DNA of 64,000 nt from contig JAYQIC010000003.1 of NCBI GenBank assembly GCA_038141425.1, positions 151,175 through 215,174 on the forward strand, written 5' to 3'. The notes beneath the pieces were generated by a model. It saw only the letters and a list, made by a program, of their open reading frames with translations. It had not been told where the DNA came from and did not search any database. Positions 20,216 to 31,185 of the stretch are shown piece by piece. The translations under genes and the position numbers were made by a program. Every line of letters starts with the position of its first letter. The stretch's first letter is position 1. Source of the stretch: Rhodospirillaceae bacterium. GTDB taxonomy: Bacteria > Pseudomonadota > Alphaproteobacteria > UBA7985.

Positions 20216-21068
20216 CGGAGGCCTCGGCGGCGATCGCTTCGCCGTAGGACACGGCAATAATCTGGGCCAGCACAATGGCGCTGGCCAGCGAACGGAAGCC
20301 AGCGGCTTCGTCCTGATCCGCCTCGAACACGATCTGCGCCTGCCGGGCAATCGGCGCGACGCGTGAATTGGTGATGGCGAATACGGGTACATTCATTGCC
20401 GTGGTCTGCTCGACGATGCGCGCCGTTTCCTCGCTGTAACGCGGGAAAGAGACAGCAACCATGACGTCGCCGGGGCGCACGATGCTGGCGTCAGCCTCGG
20501 CCATGGGGCCGGTGGGGCTGAACAGGTGCGTGGCCGCGCCGAAACCCGCCATCATGTAGGCAAAATAGGACGCGACCGGCCACGAGCGCCGGTGGCCGAC
20601 GACGTGGATCGGGCGCGCACGGCGCAGCAGTTTAACCCCGGCGTCAATGTTCGCCGGAGGGGTGCTGTCGACCAGCGTGTTAAGGCTGTCGATCGCAGAC
20701 TGCGTGAAGCGTTCCAGCGGCGCGAGGCCGGCGCTCTGGCTGGAGCGGGTGACGCGCTCGGCGTAGCTCACCTGCCGGTTGCTCAGGTTGTCGCGCAGGA
20801 TGGTCTGGATTTCGGAGAAGCCGTTGAAACCCACCGCCTTGCTGAACCGGATGAAGGCGCTGGGCTGGACGCCCGTGGCCTCTGACAGCGCCGCGATGGT
20901 CATCAGCGCGGCGTCGTTGGGCTTGTCGATCAGGTACTGTGCGACGATCTTCAGCTGCGCGGGCAATCCGTCGTAGCGCGCGAGCAGGGCCGAGCGCAGC
21001 TCCGGATAGGTCTGCGGCGTCGGGGCTTCGGCCTGCTGCCCCAGAACATCGTCGCGCAGGACGGTCAC
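20028..21068 (-). CDS. iolR: RpiR/MurR-family transcriptional regulator (IolR-type). The C-terminal ~60 codons overlap iolG and may be read-through caused by an indel
   Basis: N-terminal HTH_6 ([43 protein letters not shown]) and a SIS domain (IHVVGHRRSWPVASYFAY..VMVAVSFPRYS). Embedded in the iol locus. The symbol is assigned by context. Confidence 0.75.
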   Translation of the reverse strand: MTVLRDDVLGQQAEAPTPQTYPELRSALLARYDGLPAQLKIVAQYLIDKPNDAALMTIAALSEATGVQPSAFIRFSKAVGFNGFSEIQTILRDNLSNRQVSYAERVTRSSQSAGLAPLERFTQSAIDSLNTLVDSTPPANIDAGVKLLRRARPIHVVGHRRSWPVASYFAYMMAGFGAATHLFSPTGPMAEADASIVRPGDVMVAVSFPRYSEETARIVEQTTAMNVPVFAITNSRVAPIARQAQIVFEADQDEAAGFRSLASAIVLAQIIAVSYGEAIAAEASASANPQGAPVATRHPPAGVTPARRAGSEHPRFRHRAPAAQRHPTRCGKRRRSVPERNASACR

Positions 21069-22248
21069 AGCGTCACCCAGGACCGGGCCTCGCTGGCGTC
21101 CTGGATCGCCTGCAGCGCTTTCTCGAACACCAGCCCGTCGTCGAAGTTCGGGTAGGCTTCGTTTCCTTCGAGGATCGCCCGGCAGAATTCGCCCGCTTCG
21201 ATAATCTTCATCTCGTTGAAGCCGACGTGGTGACCGGGAGCCGGGCAGAAGTTGCCGAAGGGCGGGTGGTACGGGCCGATCAGCACGGTCTTGAAGCCGT
21301 TGCTGGCCATGTCGGTGTTATCCTTCTGCTCGAATAGCTGGAACTCGCCCATGCGTTCCTGATCGAAGCGGATGGCGCCCTTGGTTCCGGCGACCTCGAA
21401 GCCCAGTTGCATCTTGTGCCCCTGACCCAGCCAGCTGGTGTGCAGGGTGAACAGCGCGCCGCTGTCGAAGGTGCCGATCGCGGAGAACTGGTCGTCGGTC
21501 TCGACCTGCTTCATCTCGCCGGTGTTCATGTCCGGGCGCTGGTGGTGCACGGTCTGCAGGCGCGAGGCGACCTCGCGGATCGGGCCGCAGAGCCAGATCG
21601 CCATGGAAACCTGATGGCTGCCCATGTCACCCAAGGCGCCCTTGCCGCCCCCGGCCTTGGTCAGCCGCCACGAGTGGGGCATGTCCATGTCGCACATGAA
21701 GTCTTCGGTGTAGACGCCGTTGAAGTGCACAATATCGCCGATGACGCCGTCTTCGATCAGCTTTTTGATCGCCAGCAGGGTCGGGGATTTCATGTAGTTG
21801 TAGCCCAGAATGGTCTTGAGGCCTTGGGCCTTGCCCGCTTCGGCCAGGGCGACCATGGCCTCGGCATCCGCAATCGATGTCGCCATGGGCTTTTCGCACC
21901 AGACGTGCTTGCCGGTGGACAGCGCCAGTTCGGCGGCTTCGAGGTGGGCAAAGTTGGGGTGCAGATCGACACCACGTCGATGTCGTCGGCTTCGCAGACT
22001 TCGCGCCAGTCCTGCGTGGTGCGTTCGAACTCGTAGCGCGCGCCGTTGAGGGCGAGGCCGCTCTCCGACATGTCGAACAGCGCCTTCATCTCGATATCGA
22101 TGGGCAGGTTGAAGGTCGCCTTGACCCGCTGCCAGGCCTGGGTATGGGTCCCGCCCATAAAACCCATCCCGAGCACGCCCACGCGCAGGCGCTCGATGCC
22201 GGTCTTGTTTTCAGGTTGTCCGTCGACGCGGAGATCACGAATGGCCAT
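21065..22248 (-). CDS. Gfo/Idh/MocA-family oxidoreductase, one frame break near 21957 (G/C run)
   Basis: ORFs 21790-22248 and 21065-21886 join ([29 protein letters not shown]). Rossmann N-terminus LRVGVLGMGFMGG. Confidence 0.8.
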
Positions 22249-22266
22249 GGTCAGTTACTCGCTGGG

Positions 22267-23166
22267 TTAGGCGGTGGAGAGGCCGCTGGCATCCAGCACC
22301 TCGATAATGTGGTTATAGCCCATCTGACTGTATTCCATCGGTGGAGCCTTGGCCGGGTCCTGTTCGGCCTCGACCACGATCCAACCGCTGTAGTCCATGG
22401 CCTTGAGGGCCTTGCCGACGGCGTTGAAGTCGATGCAGCCATCGCCCGGGACCGTGAAGGCTCCGGCAATTACGGCATCGAGGAAGGAGCGGTTGTTGGC
22501 GCGCACGTCGGCGACCACGTCCGGGCGGATATCCTTGAAGTGCACGTGGTGCACCCGGTCGCCCCAGCGGTCCAGCGTCGCCAGCACGTCTCCGCCGCCG
22601 AACAGCAGGTGCCCGGTGTCGAAGGTCAGCTTCAGCGCCTCGGGGTCGGAGTACTCCATCAGCCAGTTCACGTCTTCCTCGGCTTCGATGATCGACCCCA
22701 TATGGTGGTGATAGGCAACGGGCATGCCCTGATCGACCGACCACTTTGCGATCTCGCTGACCCGCCGGGCATAGTCGCGGATTTCGTCGCGGGACAGGGT
22801 CGGGCGATTGTTAACCGGCGTGTTGATCTCGCCCTGCACCGTGTTCGAGCACTCGGCGTAGACGATGCAGGGGGCGTCGAGCGCCTTGAACTGCTCGACC
22901 TGTCCTTTGATGGCGGCGGTCTCATCGGCGAAGTCGAGCACGAGGCTGTGGCCCGAGCACCAGCCACCGCACAGCACGATGTCGTACTTGTCGAGGTAGG
23001 CCTTGAGCCCGTCGGTATCCTTGGGCATGCGCTGGCCGCGTTCCACGCCGGTGTAGCCGATTTCCCGGCTTTCCTGCAGCGCCTGCTCCATAGTGTACAA
23101 GGCGGTCAGCTCGGGCAGGTCGTCGTTCTGCCAGGCGATAGGGCTGATGCCGATCTTGATCGTCAT
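22267..23166 (-). CDS. iolE: Inosose dehydratase (2-keto-myo-inositol dehydratase), xylose-isomerase-like TIM barrel
   Basis: Intact 299-aa ORF. MTIKIGISPIAWQNDDLPEL and HHHMGSIIE are typical IolE features. Located between iolD and the oxidoreductase gene. Confidence 0.9.
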   Translation of the reverse strand: MTIKIGISPIAWQNDDLPELTALYTMEQALQESREIGYTGVERGQRMPKDTDGLKAYLDKYDIVLCGGWCSGHSLVLDFADETAAIKGQVEQFKALDAPCIVYAECSNTVQGEINTPVNNRPTLSRDEIRDYARRVSEIAKWSVDQGMPVAYHHHMGSIIEAEEDVNWLMEYSDPEALKLTFDTGHLLFGGGDVLATLDRWGDRVHHVHFKDIRPDVVADVRANNRSFLDAVIAGAFTVPGDGCIDFNAVGKALKAMDYSGWIVVEAEQDPAKAPPMEYSQMGYNHIIEVLDASGLSTA

Positions 23167-23194
23167 TGTCGTGATTTACCTTTTCTCAGTCGGG

Positions 23195-25061
23195 TCAGAC
23201 GCCGACGCGCTGATTGGCGCGGCCCTGTTCGTGTTCTTCTTTGGCGGCGCGGACTTGCTCGCGCGGGGAGACCTCGGCACGCCGACGTCCCACCAGCTGT
23301 CACCGCCGGTCCAGTCGTGCGACTGCACGCGGGTGGAGATCACCACCGTGCGGTCGGCACTGCGGGCCTTGGTGAAGGCCTCGCTGAGTTCGGCGATGGT
23401 ATCGACGTCGTAGACGAGCGCCCCCATCGACGCGGCGTGGGCGGCGAAGTCCGGCATGAACGGCTCGACGCCTTCGCCCAGACGGCAATCCTTGATCAGG
23501 TTGTTGAAGCTCTCGCCGCCCTTGAAATTCTGCAGGCGGTTGATGACCGCGTAGCCACCGTTATCGCAGACCACGACGATCATCTTGTGACCCGAAAGCA
23601 CCGAGCTGTAGAGGTCCGAGTTCATCATCATGTACGAGCCATCGCCGACGAAGACGATCAGCTCGCCATCACCGGTTCTGGTTTCGGCGTGGGCCATGGC
23701 CGCGCCCCAGCCGCCGCTGATCTCGTAGCCCATGCATGAAAAGCCGTATTCGCAATCATAGGAGCGATGGGACTTGGCCAGCCAGCCCTTGTTCATCTCC
23801 CCGGGCAGGCCTCCGGCGGCGGTCAGCACGGAATCGTCTGACGTGCTCAGTTCGTTTACCGCGCCAACGACCTGCGCGTAGGTCGGGGTCTGGTTGTTCG
23901 GGGTTCGGCGCTCGTTCAGGTAAGCCCGCCATTCGGCCATCGCCGCCCGTGCCTGCGCCATGCGGGCGGCGGGCGCCGACCAGTCACCCATGGCGGCGTC
24001 GAGCTCACTGAGGCAGGCCAGCGCATCGCCGACCACGGGCAGCGACCGGTGCTTGTGCGCATCGAAGGCCGCCGTATTGATGTTGATGAAGCGCACGTTC
24101 TCGTCCTGGAAGCAGGTCCACGAGCCGGTGGTGAAATCCTGCAGCCGGGTTCCGAGCAGCAGCACGACATCAGCGTCCTGCGCCAGCGCGTTACCCGCGC
24201 TTGAACCGGTGGGGCCGGTCAGGCCGATGCCGTGTTCGTGGCTGTCGAGGACCGAGGTCTTGCCAGCGGTGGTCTCGGCCACCGGAATACCGCGCCGGGC
24301 GGCAAAGTCATTGAGCAGGGCTTCAGCGCCGCTGTACAGCGTGCCGCCCCGGCGATGATCAGCGGGCGCTGGGCCGTTTTCAGGGCTGCGGCTGCGGCTC
24401 CGATCTGGGCTTCGTCGGCGCGCTGTCGCGGTACCTGCCAGACCCGGGTCTCGAAGAACGCGGCCGGGAAATCGTGCGCCTGCGCTTGAATATCCTGCGG
24501 CAGACCGACGAAAGCCGGGCCGCGGGTCGCCGGATCGAGCATGGTCTGCAGCGCCTGGGGCAGGGAGGCCATCAGCTGTTCGGGGTGGGTGATCCGGTCC
24601 CAGTACCGCACCACTGGCTTGAAGCAGTCGTTGACGGTCATCGACGGCTCGCCGAAGTGCTCGACCTGCTGCAACACAGGGTCGGGGCGGCGGTTCTGGA
24701 AGGTATCGCCGGAGAGGATCAGCAGCGGCAGACGGTTGGCCATGGCCACACCGGCAGCCGTAACCATATTCGTTGCGCCCGGACCGACCGAGGAGGTGGC
24801 GACCATGATCCGTCGTCCCCGTTTGGCCTTGGCGTAGGCAACGCCGGCGAGCGCCATGCCCTGCTCATTCTGTCCCCGCCAGGTCGGCAGCTGGTCCTGC
24901 ACCCGTTCCAGCGCTTCGGCGAGGCAGGTGACATTGCCGTGCCCGAAAATGCCAAACACGCCCGCGAACACGGGTTCAGTGGTGCCGTCGTCGTGGGCGA
25001 CGTGCTGGGCGCACATCCATTTAACGAGGGCCTGGGCGGTGGTCAGACGTTCGGTGGTCAT
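23195..25061 (-). CDS. iolD: 3D-(3,5/4)-trihydroxycyclohexane-1,2-dione acylhydrolase (ThDP-dependent), frame broken near 23275 and near 24345
   Basis: ORFs 24219-25061 and 23176-24282 plus a short 3' segment join into ~620 aa. ThDP motif GDGSYMMMNSDL..VVCDNGGYAVI. Confidence 0.85.
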
Positions 25062-25126
25062 GGGGCTCTTCTCCGCATACCCGGCAAGCCTGAGCGCATC
25101 AGCCAGGGGTCAAAACGAAATAAATA

Positions 25127-25154
25127 TTCTGCTTTGCAGAACGGCAGAATAAAT
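25127..25154. promoter_or_regulatory. Candidate iol operator in the iolD / ABC-importer divergent region
   Basis: TTCTGCTTTGCAGAACGGCAGAATAAAT contains the inverted repeat TTCTGC-N3-GCAGAA and the direct repeat CAGAA-N3-CAGAA. It shares its core with 19159-19184. Confidence 0.4.
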
Positions 25155-25298
25155 CTTTACATCGAATGAAAATGGTGATCAAACTCTATCTCGGGTGTTG
25201 TAGACGAGTGTGACCTGCACCCAGCTTCGGGATTTGGTCTGCCCGACATTCCTGACGAAGTATACCGAAATTCACACTGAAACTTGGGAGGGTTTCCG

Positions 25299-26225
25299 AT
25301 GAAAAAGCTTTTGATCGCCGCAATGGCGAGCCTCGCTTTTGGTGGCGTTGCATCCGCTGACGACCACGTTGCAAACATTATCGTTGTCACGCACGGTTCT
25401 GATGCTGACGGTTTCTGGGGCGTTGTTCGTAACGCTGTTGAAGCTGCTGCTGAAGACACTGGCGCCAACGTAACGTACCGTAATCCATCCACGGGTGACC
25501 TGAACGAAATGGCGTCTCTGATCGAGGCTTCTGCCGCTCAGTCCCCTGATGGTCTGGTCGTTTCCATTCCTGACGCAAGCATTCTTGGCGGTCCGATCAG
25601 CGCTGCTGCAGCGGCTGGTATTCCAGTGATCTCCATCAACTCCGGCTCTGACGTTTCCGCTGAGCTGGGTGCGATGATGCACGTTGGTCAGCCTGAGTAC
25701 GATGCCGGTCTCGGCGGTGGTCAGAAGACCGCTTCCATGGGCGGCTCCGGTGGTGTGTGTTTCAACCACGAGCCATTCAACACCGCTCTGCTCGACCGTT
25801 GTCAGGGTTTTGCTGACGGCCTCGGCGAAGACCTGAACATGGTTGAAGTCTCCAAGGACTACAACGACATCAAGAACACCGTTCTGGCGTACATGACCTC
25901 CAACCCTGGCACCGGCGCTGTAATGGCTGTTGGTCCTACGGGCTGTGACCCAACGATCGAAGCGATCGAAGAACTGGGTATGGCTGGTGACGTCGTCGTT
26001 GGTTGTTTCGACCTCTCGCCTGCGATTGTTCAGGGCGTAATCGACGGTACCGTTGCCTACGCTATCGACCAGCAGCAGTTCCTGCAGGGCTACATGCCAA
26101 TTATCGTGCTCAACCTGATGCACCGTAACGGCACCCTGCCTGGTAACTCGATCAACTCCGGCCCGGGCTTCGTTACCCTGGCTAACGTTGCTCAGGTTCA
26201 GGCACTGGCTGGCGTAGAGCGCTAA
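25299..26225 (+). CDS. Periplasmic sugar/polyol-binding protein (RbsB/PBP1 type), likely the inositol-binding component
   Basis: ATG at 25299 with signal peptide MKKLLIAAMASLAFGGVASA. PBP1 fold pattern. Codon usage is enriched in GCT/GGT/GTT/CGT/TCC. First gene of an ABC operon within the iol locus. Confidence 0.85.
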   Translation: MKKLLIAAMASLAFGGVASADDHVANIIVVTHGSDADGFWGVVRNAVEAAAEDTGANVTYRNPSTGDLNEMASLIEASAAQSPDGLVVSIPDASILGGPISAAAAAGIPVISINSGSDVSAELGAMMHVGQPEYDAGLGGGQKTASMGGSGGVCFNHEPFNTALLDRCQGFADGLGEDLNMVEVSKDYNDIKNTVLAYMTSNPGTGAVMAVGPTGCDPTIEAIEELGMAGDVVVGCFDLSPAIVQGVIDGTVAYAIDQQQFLQGYMPIIVLNLMHRNGTLPGNSINSGPGFVTLANVAQVQALAGVER

Positions 26226-26302
26226 GTCGACCTCTGGGGCCAGGATCGCGGCTCGGCAGCTTGCCTGCTGGTTGCGGTCCGGTCCCAAAGACTCAGGCAT
26301 AC

Positions 26303-26339
26303 GGGGCGCGCGCGTTTACGTGCGCGCCCTTACTTTTTT
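26303..26339 (+). terminator. Rho-independent-like hairpin plus U-tract after the binding-protein gene (probable intra-operon attenuator)
   Basis: GGGCGCGCGCG-TTTA-CGTGCGCGCCC stem (one mismatch) at 26303-26329, followed by TTACTTTTTT. Confidence 0.55.
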
Positions 26340-26406
26340 CACCATTGTTGGTTTGGTCAGAAACCAACGTTTCCTTCAATGAATTCAAGCGCGGGGAGAG
26401 TCCGGA

Positions 26407-27560
26407 ATGACGTCCGTTGATGAGCGCATCCGCAAAACCACTCTACTAGAATCAGCGTTGCGCCGCCCGGAACTGGGCTCGGTCTTCGGCCTGTTTGCCG
26501 TTGTTATCGCCTTCATGCTGATGACCGGTCCGATCAATGCCGGTCTGGGTGAAAAGAACACATTTGCCGACATGTGGGTCCGCTCGGTCGGGGTCCAGTC
26601 GTGGGTAGAACTCGCGGCCTATGTCGGCATCCTCGCCATCGCCGCAGCCATGCTGATGATCTCGGGTGAATTTGACCTCAGCATCGGCGCAAACGTTGCG
26701 CTGGGCGGGCATACCTTTGCGATGCTGATGATGTCGCCCGACCCCATGCCGATCTGGCTGTGCATCTTTGCCACCTTCGGATTCATGATGTTTGTGGGGT
26801 TTGTCACAGGCATGCTGGTGGTCTCAACCGGGCTGCCGAGCTTCATCGTGACGCTGGGGTTCTGGTTCGCCAACCGCGGCTTTGCCAACTACCTCGCGTT
26901 CCGCAACCATGACACCTCGCGGCTGGACATCAAGCCGATGCTGGAGGAGAGGAACGTCCTTGTCGACGGGGCGGTGGTGAAAATGCCCGACCCCACCAAG
27001 ATCGACGATATCTTTGCCTTCAAGAACGGTTTTTTCGGCTGGACCGGACAGATCGACCTGCCGGGCCTGCAGCCGTTTCAGTTGTATTTCAATGCCGAGT
27101 TCTACTACTTCATCATCTTCGCCATCGTCGCGGTCTACATCCTCAATTTCACCCGTATCGGAAACTGGATTTTCGCCGCTGGTGGTGACCCTGTTGCCGC
27201 CCGCGCGGTCGGTGTTCCCGTGGCGCGGGTCAAGGTCGGCCTGTTCATGACCTCGGCCTTTGCTGCCGGGTTCCTCGGGGTGATCTTCACGCTGCAGTCG
27301 GGTGTGTCCGAGCCGCTGGCCGGCGACTTCCGCGAGCTGCACGCTATCGCCGCCGCCGTGATCGGGGCTGTGCGCTGACCGGGGGCTATGGCTCGGTGGT
27401 CGGGGCCGTGTTCGGCGCCTTCATCTTTGCCATCGTCAGTCGGGGCATCAACTTCGTGCCGTTCATCGACAACAACCTGTTCCGCGTGATCCTCGGCCTG
27501 ATGCTGCTGGGTGCGGCCATGCTCAACCAACTGCTGCGCAACCGCGTGGTCAAGGGCTAG
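26407..27560 (+). CDS. ABC sugar transporter permease (RbsC/BPD_transp_2 type), one frame break near 27364 (G run)
   Basis: ORF 26407-27378 plus the next frame (LTGGYGSVVGAVFGAFIFAIVSRG...VVKG, TAG at 27558-27560). Confidence 0.8.
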
Positions 27561-27572
27561 GGGGGCGACGTC

Positions 27573-28363
27573 ATGACTGCTGACAAGCAAACGGCGAAGA
27601 CGCCGACCATCGAAATCCGGGGGCTGGGCAAGTTCTTCGGTAACATCATCGCGCTCCAGGACGTGTCCTTTGAGGTCTACAAGGGCGAGGTGACGGCGCT
27701 GCTGGGGGACAACGGCGCGGGTAAATCCACGCTGATCAAGACCCTCAGCGGGGTCTACCGCGCCGATGAGGGCGAGATTGCCATCGACGGCAAGCCGGTG
27801 AGCTTTTCCTCACCGCGCGGGGCTGCTGCAGCCGGGATCGGGACCGTGTATCAGGATCTGGCGCTGCAGCCACTGATGAGCGTGTCGCGCAACTTCTTCC
27901 TCGGCCGCGAGCTGAGCAATGCGATGGGCTTCCTCGATTTCAAGCAGATGGACGCCATCACGCGCGAGGAAATGGCCAAAATCGGCATCGATGTCGCCGA
28001 CCCCAGCCAGCCGATCGGGACCATGTCCGGTGGCCAGCGGCAAACGCTTGCCATTGCCCGCGCCATCTACTTCGGCGCCAAGATCCTGATCCTCGACGAG
28101 CCGACTTCGGCGCTGGGGCAGAAGCAGCAGCTGGAGGTGCTTCGCACCATCAAGCGGGTGCGTGACCGCGGCGACCTCGCCATCGTCTTCATCACCCACA
28201 ACGACCTGCATGCCAAGCTGATCGGTGACCGCTTTGCCTTCCTCAACCGGGGAAAGGTCATCGCCAGCGGTGGTCGGGATGACATCGACATGGATAACAT
28301 CCGTGCGCTCATGGCGGTGGGGCAGAGCTCGCTGACCTTTCACGCGAGTTTGCGCAGGGCTAA
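27573..28363 (+). CDS. ABC transporter ATP-binding protein (single NBD), one frame break near 28315; inferred stop TAA at 28361-28363
   Basis: Walker A GDNGAGKST, signature MSGGQRQTLAIAR, Walker B ILILDEPTSALG. The ORF-track read-through to 28451 fuses it artificially to the next gene. Confidence 0.8.
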
Positions 28364-28391
28364 GCCAAACAACCGGGTAGAGAGCAGATCC

Positions 28392-29247
28392 ATGTCAAAC
28401 GCACCGCTTCTGGTTCGCCCCGTGGACCGCACGGGCAGGTTCACGGACTGACGCCCGCGAACCTGAAAGATCGTTGCCCGAACTGGGGCTACGTCGGGTT
28501 TGAGCTGCACCGGCTTGCGGCGGGTGAAACCGTGCAGGTGCGAACCGACGCCGAAGAGCATCTGCTGGTGGTGATCGAAGGCGGCATGACGCTGAAGATC
28601 GACGACAGCGACTTTGGTGTCGTTGGCAAGCGCAGGGATATCTTCAGCCGCGAGAAGGGCTACGCCGCCTATATCCCCGGCGGTGGGCACGACTGGCAGC
28701 TGCGGGCGGAAACCGCGCTCGAAGTGGCCGTGTGCAAGGCGCCGTGGAAGGGCGGCAAGCCACCCCGTGCGGTTGATCGAACCGGACGCCGAGCCGCTGG
28801 AAGCGCGCGGTAAAGGGCGCCAACACCCGCTATGTCAACGCGATCATGATGGAGGACCGGGACTGGGCTGACAGCCTGCTGGTCACCGAGGTCTGGACGC
28901 CGAGCGGTAACTGGTCGAGCTATCCCAGTCATAAGCACGACACCGATGCCTTTCCCGATGAGACTTATCTCGAAGAAACCTACTACCACCGGCTCAACCC
29001 CGGTGATCTCGCCTGGGGCTACCAGCGCGTCTACAACGACGATCTGAGCCTGAACGAGAACATGGCGCTCCACGACCGCGATCTGGTGCTGGTGCCCGAA
29101 GGCTATCATCCCTGCGGCGCGCCCTACGGCTTTGACATGTACTACCTCAATGTCATGGCCGGGCCGATGCGCAAGTGGCGCTTCACCAACGACCCGCGCT
29201 CCGAGCACATCTTCTACCGCGACGGCGGTCGCAAGCCCGGCGAGTAG
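28392..29247 (+). CDS. iolB: Second 5-deoxy-glucuronate isomerase (IolB) paralog, frame broken about three times (near 28445, 28780, 28815)
   Basis: Fragments give NWGYVGFELHRL, LLVVIEGG, WSSYPSHKHD, ETYYHRL and GYHPCGAPYGFDMYYLNVMAGP, parallel to the intact IolB at 15411-16250. Confidence 0.75.
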
Positions 29248-29305
29248 GCGCTGAGGCCCGGCACGCGACGCCGGCTGTCCAGTCAGACAAGGGACACGCA
29301 AGACA

Positions 29306-30391
29306 ATGATGAACACCGACCGACTTTCCCCGCTGATCTCGATCTGGCAGCCTTCAAGGCGCTGATCGACACGGAGCAACCCAAGCCCGCGCTCGCGGAC
29401 CGGGTCGAGCGGGGAATTCCGGTCTACGAGGCAGCCGCGCTGGAGGACCGTCTCGAAGACGGGCCGGGTCGCGCGGAAATGTTGGACGAGTGGGCCGACT
29501 GCCTGATGAACGGCGCTGGTGCCTTCGCCATCGCCGGAGCAACGCCGGACGGCAGCGTCATCGACGAGGCTTCGACCGTGCTCTTTGACCTGATCGCTGC
29601 CGAGAAAGCCGGAACCGGCGGGGGTGGGGACCACTTTGCCGCCGCCGGGCTCAATGACCGTCTCTGGAACAGCCTCGAAAAGCACGCGCTCGCCGCGCCG
29701 GAGAGCTTCGCCCGCTACTACGCCAATCCATGGATTGCCGCGGCCTCGGAAGCCTGGCTCGGCCCACGCTATCAGATGACAGCGCAGGTTAATCTGGTGC
29801 ACCCCGGCGGACAGCCGCAGACGGCTCACCGCGACTATCACCTCGGCTTCATGCAGCAGGGGCAGGCGGCCAAGTTCCCGTTGCACGCCCACCTGCTGAC
29901 CGCAGCACTGACGCTGCAGCGCGCCATCGCCCACGTCGATATTCCGATCGAAGCCGGGCCGACCAAACTGCTGCCGCACAGCCAGAAGTACGAGCTGGGC
30001 TATCTTGCCTACCACGAACAGTCGTTCCGGGACGTGTTCGAAGAGCGCTTTGTGCAGGTCGCACTGAACAAGGGCGACCTGCTCTGGTTCAATCCCGCAA
30101 CCTTCCACGCTGCCGGTGAAAACCGGACCCCTGACGTGGAGCGGCTGGTTAACCTGTTCCAGGTTTCTTCGGCCTTCGGTCGGCCGATGGAGACAGTCGA
30201 CCGCAGCGCCATGCTGGCGGCTGTCGAACCTGTGCTGAGCAAGGTCGGCCTGAGCGCGGTGGAGCAGCGGGCGCTGGTGGCGTCCACGGCCGAGGGCTAC
30301 GCGTTTCCCGCTCAACCTCGATACCAACCCACCGGTTGGCGGGCTGGCGCCCCAGACCGATCAGGAGCGGCTGCGGGCCGAGCTTGGATAG
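29306..30391 (+). CDS. Phytanoyl-CoA dioxygenase (PhyH)-family Fe(II)/2-oxoglutarate-type oxygenase, frame broken near 29335 and near 30307
   Basis: ORF 29479-30435 core with QTAHRDYH and ATFHAAGENRT motifs. The N-terminus MMNTDRL and the C-terminus ...QERLRAELG (TAG 30389-30391) are in other frames. Confidence 0.65.
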
Positions 30392-30480
30392 CCAGTCCCA
30401 TCTGGCTGCGATGGTCAGTTTTGATGATTGAGTGACGGCGTGATAATGATTAGTTCCTAATGTATGAAGGAGCTAAGTCC

Positions 30481-31185
30481 ATGAGGTTCATCATCATTCT
30501 TGCCGTCATTCTGGTTGTCGGCGCGACTGCCGGGTTGGTCGGCTATTTTGGTCCCAACAACGCCGTTCAGAGCGCCGAGGCGCTGGTCGACGATTCACTG
30601 AGCCGCCTTCCGCTCGATGGTCAGAGCGGCAGCAAGCATACCATCGAAGAACACTGCGGGCTCGATGCCAATGGCACAGCCTGGGCTGACGCGACGGGTC
30701 ATGTAACCATTGTGCAGACCGGCGCGACCAGCCAGGTCGATATCCGGCTCGAAAACGCGCGCCCGGACACCTACTTCACCGCGTGGCTTCGGCTCAAGGG
30801 CAGTGGTTTCGGCGGTAGCCCGCTGACCGGCGGCGGCGCGACGCCGCTCTCGCCCCAGACCGATCTGGATACGCTGATCAGTTACAGCCCGTTTGGCGAG
30901 AACAGTGCGGGCAGCGACCAGCTTTCCAACGGCTTCCGCACCGATGCTAAGGGGGCGGGCAGCCTGAGCGCATCGCTCGACTTTCCGATCATCGGCGGCA
31001 GCTACAATTTCGCCGTGGCGACACTGGAAACGCCGCAAGGTCCTGGCGTACCGGTGGCGATTGCCAACCCGATGCTGCCTGGACATGGCGGTCCGTTCCT
31101 GATCCGCGTGGTCTCGCACTGCAGCGATGATGTCGGCCATGGCCTGTCGCCCGGTAACCGTGAAGCCTGGTTCCAGTTCCCCTGA
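30481..31185 (+). CDS. Hypothetical membrane-anchored or secreted protein (no family recognised)
   Basis: ATG at 30481, 7 nt after a perfect AAGGAG. N-terminal hydrophobic helix MRFIIILAVILVVGATAGLVGYF, then a ~210-aa soluble, Gly/Ser/Thr-rich region that looks beta-rich. Confidence 0.6.
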   Translation: MRFIIILAVILVVGATAGLVGYFGPNNAVQSAEALVDDSLSRLPLDGQSGSKHTIEEHCGLDANGTAWADATGHVTIVQTGATSQVDIRLENARPDTYFTAWLRLKGSGFGGSPLTGGGATPLSPQTDLDTLISYSPFGENSAGSDQLSNGFRTDAKGAGSLSASLDFPIIGGSYNFAVATLETPQGPGVPVAIANPMLPGHGGPFLIRVVSHCSDDVGHGLSPGNREAWFQFP

